Assembly: GCA_034439715.1 (NCBI GenBank)
Contig: JAWXAY010000067.1
Coordinates: 1-61,388, forward strand
Direction: 5' to 3'
DNA length: 61,388 nt
From: Pseudomonadota bacterium
GTDB lineage: Bacteria > Bdellovibrionota > Bdellovibrionia > Bdellovibrionales > SG-bin7
Of the stretch, positions 19,773 through 28,378 are shown piece by piece. The stretch's first letter is position 1; each line of letters begins with the position of its first letter. Made by a program: the position numbers and the translations under genes. A model generated the notes under the pieces. That model searched no databases, was not told the origin of the DNA, and saw only the letters and a program-made list of their open reading frames with translations.

Positions 19773-20603
19773 ATGGACCCCGTCGAACAATTTTTTAACA
19801 ACGCTAAGTATCTCAATAAATATATTGGCGTCGCTGTAGTTATTTTTATTCTCTTGATACTCGCCTCTAGTGGCACATTTATCATCCCACCTGGTCACCG
19901 AGGAGTATTGGTGACAATGGGTAAGGTCTCGCCGGTCTTCGCACCAGAAGGGTTTGGTTTTAAGAGTCCGTTTATTACCAGTGTGCTCCCAATTTCAATA
20001 AGACAACAAACTAAAACGGCCCAGGCAGATTGCTACTCATCTGATCTTCAGCAGATTAATATAGAACTAAGGGTGCTCTACCGAATTCCTGAAAACATGA
20101 TAGTAAAAACTTTTCAAGACTATTCGGGAGATCCCTTTGATAGTTTGATTTCACCCCGAGTTGCTGAAGCACTTAAAGAGGTTACGGCTCTGCAAAGTGC
20201 CGAACAAATTGTAAAGAAACGTGAAGAAATCAAAGCAAAAGCCCTCGCGGCGGCCAAACTAAAAGTCGGCGACCTTTTGGTTATCGAAGACATTGTCATT
20301 CAAAATGTCTCTCTATCAAAAGAACTTGAGACCGCCATTGAAGCCAAGATGGTGCAAGAGCAAGAAGCGGCCAAGGCTAAGTTCATTCAGCAGAAGGCAG
20401 AGATTGAAGCCAACACGGCTATTATTCGTGCCAAAGGCGAAGCTGAAGCGATTCGTGTCAGGGGTCGTGCCCTTCAAGATAGTCCTGGGCTCGTGCAACT
20501 TCAGATCGTTGAAAAATGGAATGGTATCTCACCACTGGTAGTTGGCGGCGGAAGCGGCGGCGGAGCGAACGTCCTAATGCCCATCAACGTGCTTACAAAA
20601 TAA
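19773..20603 (+). CDS. Prohibitin/SPFH (band 7) family protein
   Basis: N-terminal TM, IPPGHRGV, AIEAKMVQEQEA, AKGEAEAI, EKWNG. Confidence 0.9.
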   Translation: MDPVEQFFNNAKYLNKYIGVAVVIFILLILASSGTFIIPPGHRGVLVTMGKVSPVFAPEGFGFKSPFITSVLPISIRQQTKTAQADCYSSDLQQINIELRVLYRIPENMIVKTFQDYSGDPFDSLISPRVAEALKEVTALQSAEQIVKKREEIKAKALAAAKLKVGDLLVIEDIVIQNVSLSKELETAIEAKMVQEQEAAKAKFIQQKAEIEANTAIIRAKGEAEAIRVRGRALQDSPGLVQLQIVEKWNGISPLVVGGGSGGGANVLMPINVLTK

Positions 20604-20604
20604 A

Positions 20605-20796
20605 ATGGGTTTGAGGTCGCGGGGCCTTTTGAAGCTCCTTTTTTTCTTAGCCATTATTTTTCTTTTAATTCGCCTTTTTCCCCTGGTAGCGCGCCTCACC
20701 GAGTCCGCAGCCATGGGCATTCGGGAATTTTGGTGGGTAGTCCTAATCTTTGCTTTAGCGGGCTTATTCGCCTGGGTGATAAAAAAGCGAACCTAA
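20605..20796 (+). CDS. Small two-TM membrane protein, probably co-transcribed with the SPFH gene
   Basis: Starts 1 nt after the SPFH stop; two hydrophobic helices. Confidence 0.65.
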   Translation: MGLRSRGLLKLLFFLAIIFLLIRLFPLVARLTESAAMGIREFWWVVLIFALAGLFAWVIKKRT

Positions 20797-20807
20797 TTAC
20801 ACCATTA

Positions 20808-20825
20808 TTGGCCTAACTCCTGCAT
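20808..20825 (+). promoter_or_regulatory. Possible sigma54 promoter
   Basis: TTGGCCTAACTCCTGCAT, GG-N10-GC. Confidence 0.45.
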
Positions 20826-20837
20826 TCAATATATACG

Positions 20838-22025
20838 ATGTCTATTCATAGTATTAAAATGCGTTTTAGGCGCCTTTCATTGGTGATTGTGGCGACAGTT
20901 GTTTCGCAATTTTGGTCACTCCAATGTGTTCAAGCCAATTCCTGTGCTCAAAATTTTGCCCAAGAAAAAATCAAAGAAACTGTAATTGAAGAGAGTTGGC
21001 GCGATTCCGGTGGCTCGCTTTTTCGGAGTTTGCGAGGCAATGCCCGACATTACTGGGCATGGGTTCGCTCCTTACCGAGTGAGTTAATTCCCCTTCAATT
21101 GTGGGCCGAAGGAATAATTGTAGGCGATCCCCACCTTCGTAATTTTTCCGATGTTCTCATAAACGGAAAGAGGAAATTTCGAGTCATCGACTTTGATGAT
21201 AACGGCCATGGGCCCTTTCTTTTTGATTTTGCAAAATTTGTTTCGACCGCGCGCTCCCAACGTCTCGGCCTCACGACCCATGATCTTTTTGATAAGTATC
21301 AAAAGGGGCTGAACGAAGAAAAACAAAGTAAACCTGATTTTTTAGAAGAAGCCTTGGATATTTCAGAAAAATCTGAAAAAAAACAACATAAGAAATTTCT
21401 CAAAAGAATGACAGATGGGAACACACTTGTGATTGGTAAAAAAAAGGACTTGATTCCTATAGAAGACAGCCCGCCAGACATTATAGAAATGTATCGTGAA
21501 GCCGGACCACACTTCGAAATTGCACTTAAAGATTTTGAAATTTTGGATAAAGCGGTGAATTTAAAAAAAACAGGGGGTGAATTGCGTCCCCGATTTTGGT
21601 ACTTAGTAGAAAACAAGAATGGGAAAGGCAAAAAACAGATATTCGAATTTAAACAGGTTGGAGAGCCCGCGATTTCGGCTCTGTCTCAGCAGGCGAGCTT
21701 TATAGACCGCTTTGAGGCAGCCCAAGATATCTATTGGGAGGGCGAACGCGATCCTAAATATCGAGCGATCTCCGTAGGGAAGCAAAATTACTTCATGCGG
21801 CCTGGATTTAAGGGAACTTTTGACCTCACCAATTTGACAACTGAAAATCACAAGGAAAAGGCCCGAAAAATGCTCCTCTATATCGCCTACCACATGGGGA
21901 GAATGGTGGCGCGGCAAGATTCGGCTTCAGGTTTCATTGATGCTTTGAACGAAAACCCTCACAAAGGGCGCGAAATCATCAACACCCTAGCTAATGAATA
22001 TCTGCAATTTGCTAGAGAACAGTAA
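20838..22025 (+). CDS. DUF2252-like kinase-fold protein with signal peptide
   Basis: FRSLRG, GDPHLRNF, VIDFDD, FEFKQ; hydrophobic N-terminus ending VQA-NSC. Confidence 0.75.
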   Translation: MSIHSIKMRFRRLSLVIVATVVSQFWSLQCVQANSCAQNFAQEKIKETVIEESWRDSGGSLFRSLRGNARHYWAWVRSLPSELIPLQLWAEGIIVGDPHLRNFSDVLINGKRKFRVIDFDDNGHGPFLFDFAKFVSTARSQRLGLTTHDLFDKYQKGLNEEKQSKPDFLEEALDISEKSEKKQHKKFLKRMTDGNTLVIGKKKDLIPIEDSPPDIIEMYREAGPHFEIALKDFEILDKAVNLKKTGGELRPRFWYLVENKNGKGKKQIFEFKQVGEPAISALSQQASFIDRFEAAQDIYWEGERDPKYRAISVGKQNYFMRPGFKGTFDLTNLTTENHKEKARKMLLYIAYHMGRMVARQDSASGFIDALNENPHKGREIINTLANEYLQFAREQ

Positions 22026-22056
22026 CTTCAGCAATGAAGCAACTCACATAAACTTT

Positions 22057-22947
22057 TTATTTATTAGATGTTACCGTAAATTTACTCAGCGGAAAGCCAA
22101 ACGATTGGCCTTTTGAAACCAGGGGGTGTTTTTCTACAAAACTTTTGAGAGCAATTTCGAGTTCTCGTTTTTGCTCAACTGGCAACATTCCGGTCAAATA
22201 CATATCTTTTGTAATCTGCCAAACATTTTCTGGAGAACCCTCAATCTGAAGTTCAATATCCTCGCGCTCAATTTTTTGAGAAAACTCCAACTGTTTACTG
22301 AACAACGTTTTTAATCCATCTTCAGTGTTAACCCGGCCATCGCTCCAGTTGGCCTCTCTAACTTTAGGAAAACGGGAATCTATAAACTCAAAAATAAAAC
22401 CCTGAACCTCTCCCCAAAATACCTGGCGGGACCTTGGATTGCCAGTCACAGCAGAAAATACGCCGCCGGGTTTCAATACACGAGAGATTTCTTTAACGAC
22501 CGATTCAATGGGTCTCATCAGCACGAAGGCCATATGACAGAGAATGACATCTTGAGAAGCATCTTCGACAGGTAAACTTTGCGCCTTCGCATTTATAAAT
22601 GAAACTAGAGGCTCCCGGTAACTCGCCCTAGCGATTTCTAATTCGGCGTCAGAAATATCAATGCCGAGAACCTGACTTCCGCTAGCTAGCTGGGGTAGAA
22701 AATAACCTATAAGATGTCCATCGCCGCAGCCGAGATCTAAAACTCGCAATTCTTGGTCCGCAAGTTTGCCAATCGTGTCGGCAAGTACCTCGTAGGAATT
22801 GAGACCAGCCCTAGTTTGAAAGCCCGCAAAGGCATTCGGGGTCATACTAGGCACCAGCCGATGGACACTGATTAAGTGATTGCTCCACTCGTCGTCACTC
22901 GGCGTTTCGCCATTAAAAATTTTTCGAGCGCACTCTGAAATAAGCAT
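22057..22947 (-). CDS. Class I SAM-dependent methyltransferase
   Basis: VLDLGCGDG, GIDISDAEL, RVLKPGG. Confidence 0.9.
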   Translation of the reverse strand: MLISECARKIFNGETPSDDEWSNHLISVHRLVPSMTPNAFAGFQTRAGLNSYEVLADTIGKLADQELRVLDLGCGDGHLIGYFLPQLASGSQVLGIDISDAELEIARASYREPLVSFINAKAQSLPVEDASQDVILCHMAFVLMRPIESVVKEISRVLKPGGVFSAVTGNPRSRQVFWGEVQGFIFEFIDSRFPKVREANWSDGRVNTEDGLKTLFSKQLEFSQKIEREDIELQIEGSPENVWQITKDMYLTGMLPVEQKRELEIALKSFVEKHPLVSKGQSFGFPLSKFTVTSNK

Positions 22948-22963
22948 TCGAACCCAGCTAAAC

Positions 22964-23413
22964 CTATCTGTTACCCATGTGGTCGAAAGTTTTTGGGCAG
23001 TAGGTGTTCACTACGTCTTTCAAAGCCGATGAGTAGGGACCGACACGGTCTTTTCTTGGAGTGCCGCAGGCGCCTGTAGAAAAAAGAACTGCGGCACCAA
23101 AACGAATATGGGTAACTGGTGCATCACAAAGACCATTTTCCTTTTCTTCGACTTTTTCCTTCAAGGCATTTTTTAAAGCCACATGAATACCATCTGAGAG
23201 ACTAATCTTTTTTTCTTCTTTCAATTCAAAGGCGGTTTCACCTGAGCCGTAGGTTTTTGTCACCACTACGCGGTCAGAATACACTTCACAAACCTCAAGT
23301 CGGACCCATTCTGGAGGGGTAAATCCTCCCCCACTATATTTTGCAAGAAGGGGCTCTGCTTCAGCAAAGGCTGTAGCACCGGCGAGTACAAACAAAAAAA
23401 CTAATGCTTTCAT
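22964..23413 (-). CDS. Secreted hypothetical protein, 4 Cys
   Basis: AGGAG RBS, signal peptide ending AFA. Confidence 0.75.
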   Translation of the reverse strand: MKALVFLFVLAGATAFAEAEPLLAKYSGGGFTPPEWVRLEVCEVYSDRVVVTKTYGSGETAFELKEEKKISLSDGIHVALKNALKEKVEEKENGLCDAPVTHIRFGAAVLFSTGACGTPRKDRVGPYSSALKDVVNTYCPKTFDHMGNR

Positions 23414-23621
23414 AAGTGTCTCCTATTTTTTTGGACCCAAACCAAGGGAATCGGCCCATGGATAACACCATGGATATCGGCTTGGCAATGGTCAAATCTC
23501 TTAGGGCGTGGCACGCCTTAAGAGTAACCGTCCAAAAACTAGACAGTCGTAAACTTTTGGGGCGACAGGATTTGTCGCTAGTGGCATTTGACTCTGTCAG
23601 TTTAAAATTAAGGCCTCCTGG

Positions 23622-23638
23622 CAGGCCCACGCCTTGCT
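23622..23638 (+). promoter_or_regulatory. Sigma54-type promoter for a putative sRNA
   Basis: CAGGCCCACGCCTTGCT, GG-N10-GC with TTGCT; predicted start ~23649-23650. Confidence 0.6.
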
Positions 23639-23649
23639 ATATATACAAG

Positions 23650-23727
23650 TAAGTGATTGCGTCACACCTCCCCCCAGGTGGCAATTACCCCTTAAAGCCT
23701 CGCTCCCCCCAGCGAGGCTTTTTTTTT
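23650..23727 (+). ncRNA. Putative small RNA with two poly-C-loop hairpins
   Basis: Hairpin 1 GTGATTGC-gtca-CACCT[CCCCCC]AGGTG-GCAATTAC; hairpin 2 AAAGCCTCGCT[CCCCCC]AGCGAGGCTTT followed by a T run; upstream sigma54 box; no credible + strand CDS ends here. Confidence 0.65.
23694..23727 (+). terminator. Intrinsic terminator
   Basis: Perfect 11-bp stem, C6 loop, T9 tail. Confidence 0.9.
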
Positions 23728-23765
23728 GCCTTTTTTTTGTTACATGGGATGAGCAAATATTCGAC

Positions 23766-23793
23766 TTGAAATAGCCGCGCACATCTGTATATT
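23766..23793 (+). promoter_or_regulatory. Possible sigma70 promoter of the sdh operon
   Basis: TTGAAA-N16-TATATT. Confidence 0.45.
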
Positions 23794-23833
23794 TTAAGAA
23801 TTCAGCGAACCCAATAAGCGCGAGGCAAATGTC

Positions 23834-24646
23834 ATGGCATCTACCAATATCTCCCTTAAAATGTCAGGACGACCAGCATTTGCAGAAACCTCCCGCCAGG
23901 ATTTTTGGTGGCTCCAATCCGTACTGGTGTTTTTGGGGTTATCGACCTTCGTGGTTTATTCAACCTGGGCCGCATTCCAGGGCGACCACTACTCATTTGG
24001 TTCCTATCTCTCACCCTTCTATTCACCTGAATTATTCGGCAGCTCTCCTCACAGCTGGTTTGGCCCAAAACCTGGTTGGTGGCCCATTTGGCTACCTTTT
24101 TCGCCAGCACTATTAATTTTGTGGGCGCCGGGTGGGTTTCGTTTCACCTGTTATTATTACCGAGGAGCCTATTACAAGGCTTTCTGGGCGGATCCTCCTG
24201 CATGTGCTGTCGGCGAGCCTCGTAAGTCATATTTAGGCGAACGCTCATTTCCTCTCATAATGCAGAATGTGCACCGCTATTTTCTTTACCTTGCTTTAAT
24301 TTTTATCGGACTACTGGCACACGATGTCTGGAAGGCCATGTGGTTTGTTAATTCGGCGACTGGCGCCACACAATTTGGAATTGGCGTGGGTACCCTGATT
24401 TTAGCACTGAATGTTTTTTTATTGTCGAGTTACACCTTGGGCTGCCATTCCCTCAGACATTTAGTCGGCGGAATTTATGATCAGCTAGCGGGCCGACCCA
24501 CACGCCTTAAAATTTATAACTGCGTCACTTGCCTCAATCAAAAGCATATGCTCTTTGCATGGTTGAGTCTTGTTATGGTTGGCTTTTCAGACTTGTATGT
24601 GCGTCTTTGTTCGATGGGTATTTGGCAGGACTGGAGAATTTTCTAG
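23834..24646 (+). CDS. Succinate dehydrogenase membrane anchor, mycobacterial Sdh1 (Rv0249c)-type
   Basis: YLSPFYSP, FRFTCYYYRGAYY, PPACAV, QNVHRYF, YTLGCHSLRH, HMLFAW; directly upstream of sdhA/B. Confidence 0.85.
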   Translation: MASTNISLKMSGRPAFAETSRQDFWWLQSVLVFLGLSTFVVYSTWAAFQGDHYSFGSYLSPFYSPELFGSSPHSWFGPKPGWWPIWLPFSPALLILWAPGGFRFTCYYYRGAYYKAFWADPPACAVGEPRKSYLGERSFPLIMQNVHRYFLYLALIFIGLLAHDVWKAMWFVNSATGATQFGIGVGTLILALNVFLLSSYTLGCHSLRHLVGGIYDQLAGRPTRLKIYNCVTCLNQKHMLFAWLSLVMVGFSDLYVRLCSMGIWQDWRIF

Positions 24647-26469
24647 TGGCACACTCCTACGATTCACATACGCACGATGTTTTAGTAATTGGTGCCGGTG
24701 GCGCTGGTCTTAGAGCCGCTATTGAAGCCTCAGCGAGTGGCCTGTCAGTTGGCCTGGTGTGCAAATCTTTGTTAGGTAAAGCTCACACTGTAATGGCAGA
24801 GGGCGGAGTTGCTGCAGCCATGGGTAATGTGGATGATCGCGACAGTTGGCGCGTACACTTTGCCGATACCATGCGCGGGGGACAATACCTTAATAACTGG
24901 AGTATGGCAGAGTTTCACGCCAAAGAAGCGCCTGAACGCGTGCACGAGCTCGAATCGTGGGGCGCGGTGTTTGATCGCACTCCTGACGGCCGAATTTTGC
25001 AGCGTAACTTCGGCGGTCATCGCTATCCCCGTTTAGCTCACGTTGGCGATCGTACGGGACTTGAAATGATTCGAACTCTTCAAGACCACGGGATTCACCA
25101 AGGCATTGACGTCTACATGGAGCATACTGTTGTGACACTCCTCAAAGATGGCGAAAAAATCGCAGGTGCTTTTGGTTACGACCGTGAGCGCGGGCGCTTT
25201 CGTGTTTTTCGCGCCAAGGCTGTGGTAATGGCGACAGGTGGAATTGGTCGAGCCTTTCGTATCAGCAGCAACAGTTGGGAATACACTGGTGACGGTCACG
25301 GGCTCGCGTACGAAGCAGGTGCGCCCCTAATTGATATGGAATTTGTTCAGTTTCACCCAACGGGCATGGTTTGGCCGCCGAGTGTGCGCGGCATTCTGGT
25401 GACAGAAGGTGTGCGCGGTGAGGGTGGCGTGCTTCGCAACAAAGACGGAAAGCGTTTTATGTTTGATGACATTCCGTCGTTATATAAAAACCAAACTGCG
25501 GATAGTGAAGAAGAGGGTTGGCGTTACACTCAAGGTGATAAAGAGGCACGTCGTCCTCCCGAACTTCTGACCCGCGATCACGTCGCTCGTTGCATAAACC
25601 GCGAGGTAAAAGCGGGGCGCGGTAGTCCGCACGGGGGCGTCTTTTTAGACATTGCTTGGATTAAAGAAAAACTTCCCAAATCCGCTGAGCATATTAAACG
25701 TAAATTGCCGAGCATGTACCACCAATTCAAACAACTTGCCGATCTTGACATCACGCAAGTGCCAATGGAAGTCGGCCCCACCACTCATTATATGATGGGC
25801 GGAATTATGGTCGACGGTGAATCTCAAATGTCGGCTGTACCGGGACTCTTTGCAGCGGGTGAATGCGCCGGGGGTTTGCATGGAGCTAACCGTTTGGGTG
25901 GCAACTCACTTTCTGACCTCTTAGTATTCGGAAAACGCGCTGGTGAATTTGCAGCTAAATATGCCAGAGACGTGCAGCCAGCCAAGGTAGACGACTCACA
26001 GATTGAAGCAGCAGCGAAAAACGCACTTATGCCTTTGGAGCGCGAAGCCAAAACTGGCGACGAAGGCCCATTCAAAATACAACATGAGTTACAAGATAAA
26101 ATGCAAGATTTAGTTGGCATCGTAAGAACTGAATCCGAAATGAAGCAGGCTCTAGTTGAAATCAAAACGCTAAAAGCAAAAGCCGCCACTACTGCAGCAC
26201 GAGGTAACCGCGAGTACAATGGAAGCTGGCACACAGCTTTAGATTTAAATAATTTGCTCACAGTGTCCGAAGCTATTACCCGGGCGGCGATTGAGCGCAA
26301 AGAAAGTCGCGGGGCCCATTTTCGTGAAGACTACCCCAATAAGGACGAAGCATTTGGCCAGTTTAATTTGATTATCAAAAAATCATCTGGCGGCGATATG
26401 CAGGTCGTCCGACAACCACTTAAAGAAATGCGCGCGGACCTTAAACAAATCATTGAGGAGATGAAGTAA
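24646..26469 (+). CDS. sdhA: Succinate dehydrogenase/fumarate reductase flavoprotein subunit (GTG start 24646)
   Basis: GAGGAG, KAHTVMAEGG (covalent FAD His), QFHPT, TEGVRGEGG, HYMMGG, HGANRLGGNSL, ESRGAH; GGAG RBS at 24633. Confidence 0.95.
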   Translation: MAHSYDSHTHDVLVIGAGGAGLRAAIEASASGLSVGLVCKSLLGKAHTVMAEGGVAAAMGNVDDRDSWRVHFADTMRGGQYLNNWSMAEFHAKEAPERVHELESWGAVFDRTPDGRILQRNFGGHRYPRLAHVGDRTGLEMIRTLQDHGIHQGIDVYMEHTVVTLLKDGEKIAGAFGYDRERGRFRVFRAKAVVMATGGIGRAFRISSNSWEYTGDGHGLAYEAGAPLIDMEFVQFHPTGMVWPPSVRGILVTEGVRGEGGVLRNKDGKRFMFDDIPSLYKNQTADSEEEGWRYTQGDKEARRPPELLTRDHVARCINREVKAGRGSPHGGVFLDIAWIKEKLPKSAEHIKRKLPSMYHQFKQLADLDITQVPMEVGPTTHYMMGGIMVDGESQMSAVPGLFAAGECAGGLHGANRLGGNSLSDLLVFGKRAGEFAAKYARDVQPAKVDDSQIEAAAKNALMPLEREAKTGDEGPFKIQHELQDKMQDLVGIVRTESEMKQALVEIKTLKAKAATTAARGNREYNGSWHTALDLNNLLTVSEAITRAAIERKESRGAHFREDYPNKDEAFGQFNLIIKKSSGGDMQVVRQPLKEMRADLKQIIEEMK

Positions 26470-27221
26470 TGTCCAAAACTGCGACCTTTCGAATCTGGCG
26501 GGGCGATAAAAGTGGCGGCAAGCTCGAGGACATGACCACACCTATTAGTGAAGGCATGGTAGTGCTTGATGCCATTCACCAAATTCAGGCCGACCAAGCC
26601 AATGACTTAGCTGTGCGCTGGAATTGCAAGGCAGGTAAATGTGGCTCCTGTTCAGCAGAGATCAACGGCGTGCCAAAGTTAATGTGCATGACCCGCCTCA
26701 ATGAATTGAATCTTGAAAAGCCCGTCACTGTAGAGCCTATGCGAGCTTTTCCTATCGTTCGAGATCTAGTGACAGACGTTTCGTGGAATTACCGGGTAAA
26801 GAAAAAAATTAAAAAGTTCAAGCCGCGTCCACCAGATGCCACTGACGGCTCCTGGCGAATGCAACAAAAAGATATTGATCGTGTTCAAGAATTTCGAAAA
26901 TGCATCGAATGTTTTTTATGTCAGGATGTTTGCCACGTATTGCGGGACCACTCTATGCACGAAGAATTCATCGGCCCAAGATACTTAGTTTACACAGCAG
27001 CGCTTGAAATGCATCCGCTTGATACAGAAAATCGCCTACCTGAACTAAAACAATCCCAGGGTGTGGGCCTTTGCAACATTACTAAATGTTGCACCAAAGT
27101 TTGTCCTGAGAATATTACCATCACCGACAATGCGATCATTCCTCTCAAGGAACGCGTCGTTGACGAATATTATGATCCCATTGCGAAGTTAATCAAAAAA
27201 ATCATCGGGCCACGAATTTAG
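26469..27221 (+). CDS. sdhB: Succinate dehydrogenase iron-sulfur subunit
   Basis: CKAGKCGSC...C, CIECFLCQDVC, CNITKCCTKVCP. Confidence 0.95.
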   Translation: MSKTATFRIWRGDKSGGKLEDMTTPISEGMVVLDAIHQIQADQANDLAVRWNCKAGKCGSCSAEINGVPKLMCMTRLNELNLEKPVTVEPMRAFPIVRDLVTDVSWNYRVKKKIKKFKPRPPDATDGSWRMQQKDIDRVQEFRKCIECFLCQDVCHVLRDHSMHEEFIGPRYLVYTAALEMHPLDTENRLPELKQSQGVGLCNITKCCTKVCPENITITDNAIIPLKERVVDEYYDPIAKLIKKIIGPRI

Positions 27222-27290
27222 CGACCTAGTTTGTGTAGAGAGGGCTGACTCATCGAAACCATCATTAGACAAAACCAAATCATACAAGAA

Positions 27291-27875
27291 TTGAAAGATG
27301 GAAATAAAAGATTTCTGGCTGGAGCCTCACTTCAAACGTCTCACTTGTCGTTAATAAAACTTAAAGAATTTGCAATGTCTGGTCAACTTCCAAAAGCGAT
27401 TGTTTTGTGCTGTTCTGATTCCCGCGCTCCAGTTGAAATGATTTTTGACCAAGATATCGGCGATTTGTTTGTCATCCGTGTGGCCGGAAATATTGTGGCC
27501 CCGTCTCTTGTGGGCAGCGTGGAATTTGCCGCCAGCACTTATGGAACAAGTATTGTTTTGGTTATGGGACATACTCAATGTGGAGCGGTCACTGCCACTT
27601 TAAATCATATCGAAAACCCTCAGGCATTATCTAGCGAAAATATTCACGATATTATCAGCCGTATTAAGCCACACGTCTACCCGGTCGCACAAATGCGTCA
27701 ACTAACCCACGAAGAAAAATTAGTTCGCGCCGTCGAAGCCAACGTGCTGGCGTCCGTCGATCATCTATCGAACTCCAGTCGTTTAATTGAAGAACTTGCC
27801 CATAATGGTAAAATGAAAATTCTGGGCGCTGTATTGGATTTGCCTACAGGTCGAGTGGATTTTCTTAAGATATAA
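27291..27875 (+). CDS. Beta-class carbonic anhydrase (start uncertain)
   Basis: CSDSR, RVAGN, MGHTQCG zinc ligands. Confidence 0.93.
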   Translation: MKDGNKRFLAGASLQTSHLSLIKLKEFAMSGQLPKAIVLCCSDSRAPVEMIFDQDIGDLFVIRVAGNIVAPSLVGSVEFAASTYGTSIVLVMGHTQCGAVTATLNHIENPQALSSENIHDIISRIKPHVYPVAQMRQLTHEEKLVRAVEANVLASVDHLSNSSRLIEELAHNGKMKILGAVLDLPTGRVDFLKI

Positions 27876-27957
27876 ACCAAAATAGAGTGAAAAAGATTCC
27901 CAAACGTTGCGAAAAAAATAGGTAGATGGTATATCCGAGATCCTATTAGGGGGTTTC

Positions 27958-28344
27958 ATGAATTTAAATATTTGGATTCTAATTGGGCTTATTCTAACGT
28001 CACCTATAGCGATGGCTTCTAACGATGTTTTTGCCAACTGTGCCGAATTTACAGAAGTCGATAGAGCTCGGCAGAATCCTTCAATGTATAAAGCGTCTGA
28101 CGTTGTCATGGGTTGCTTTGACCCTTACACGGAACACTCCTTCCATATCAGTTTAGAAAGAAAAGATTTTTTGGGACCCACTAATGTTTATATTCCCGGC
28201 TACGTTCTCCACGTCCACGTTTTAACACTTTCTAAAGTGCAAGGGCAGGCCATCGCCGACGCTTTTGATTTTTCGGTAAATCAAAAGCGTTCAGGAAGAT
28301 TGTTGGGTTATCCGTTTGAACTGGCTGTTTCGCTCCCGAAGTAA
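27958..28344 (+). CDS. Secreted hypothetical protein
   Basis: AGGGGG RBS, signal peptide ending AMA, 2 Cys. Confidence 0.7.
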   Translation: MNLNIWILIGLILTSPIAMASNDVFANCAEFTEVDRARQNPSMYKASDVVMGCFDPYTEHSFHISLERKDFLGPTNVYIPGYVLHVHVLTLSKVQGQAIADAFDFSVNQKRSGRLLGYPFELAVSLPK

Positions 28345-28378
28345 TCAATAAAAATATTTAAGCGCAAATTCTTGCTTA

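Noticed and set aside
23650..23727. Minus-strand reading as a CsrA-sponge RNA with GGA loops
   Set aside because: The U tail and promoter are on the + strand, and the GGA would be partly stem-paired
23361..23782. ORFs 23416-23652 (+), 23361-23630 (-) and 23597-23782 (-)
   Set aside because: No RBS or protein features; the region is better explained by regulatory palindromes and an sRNA
24529..24645. N-terminal extension of SdhA in the ORF track
   Set aside because: Overlaps the anchor gene; GTG 24646 has an RBS and a normal SdhA N-terminus
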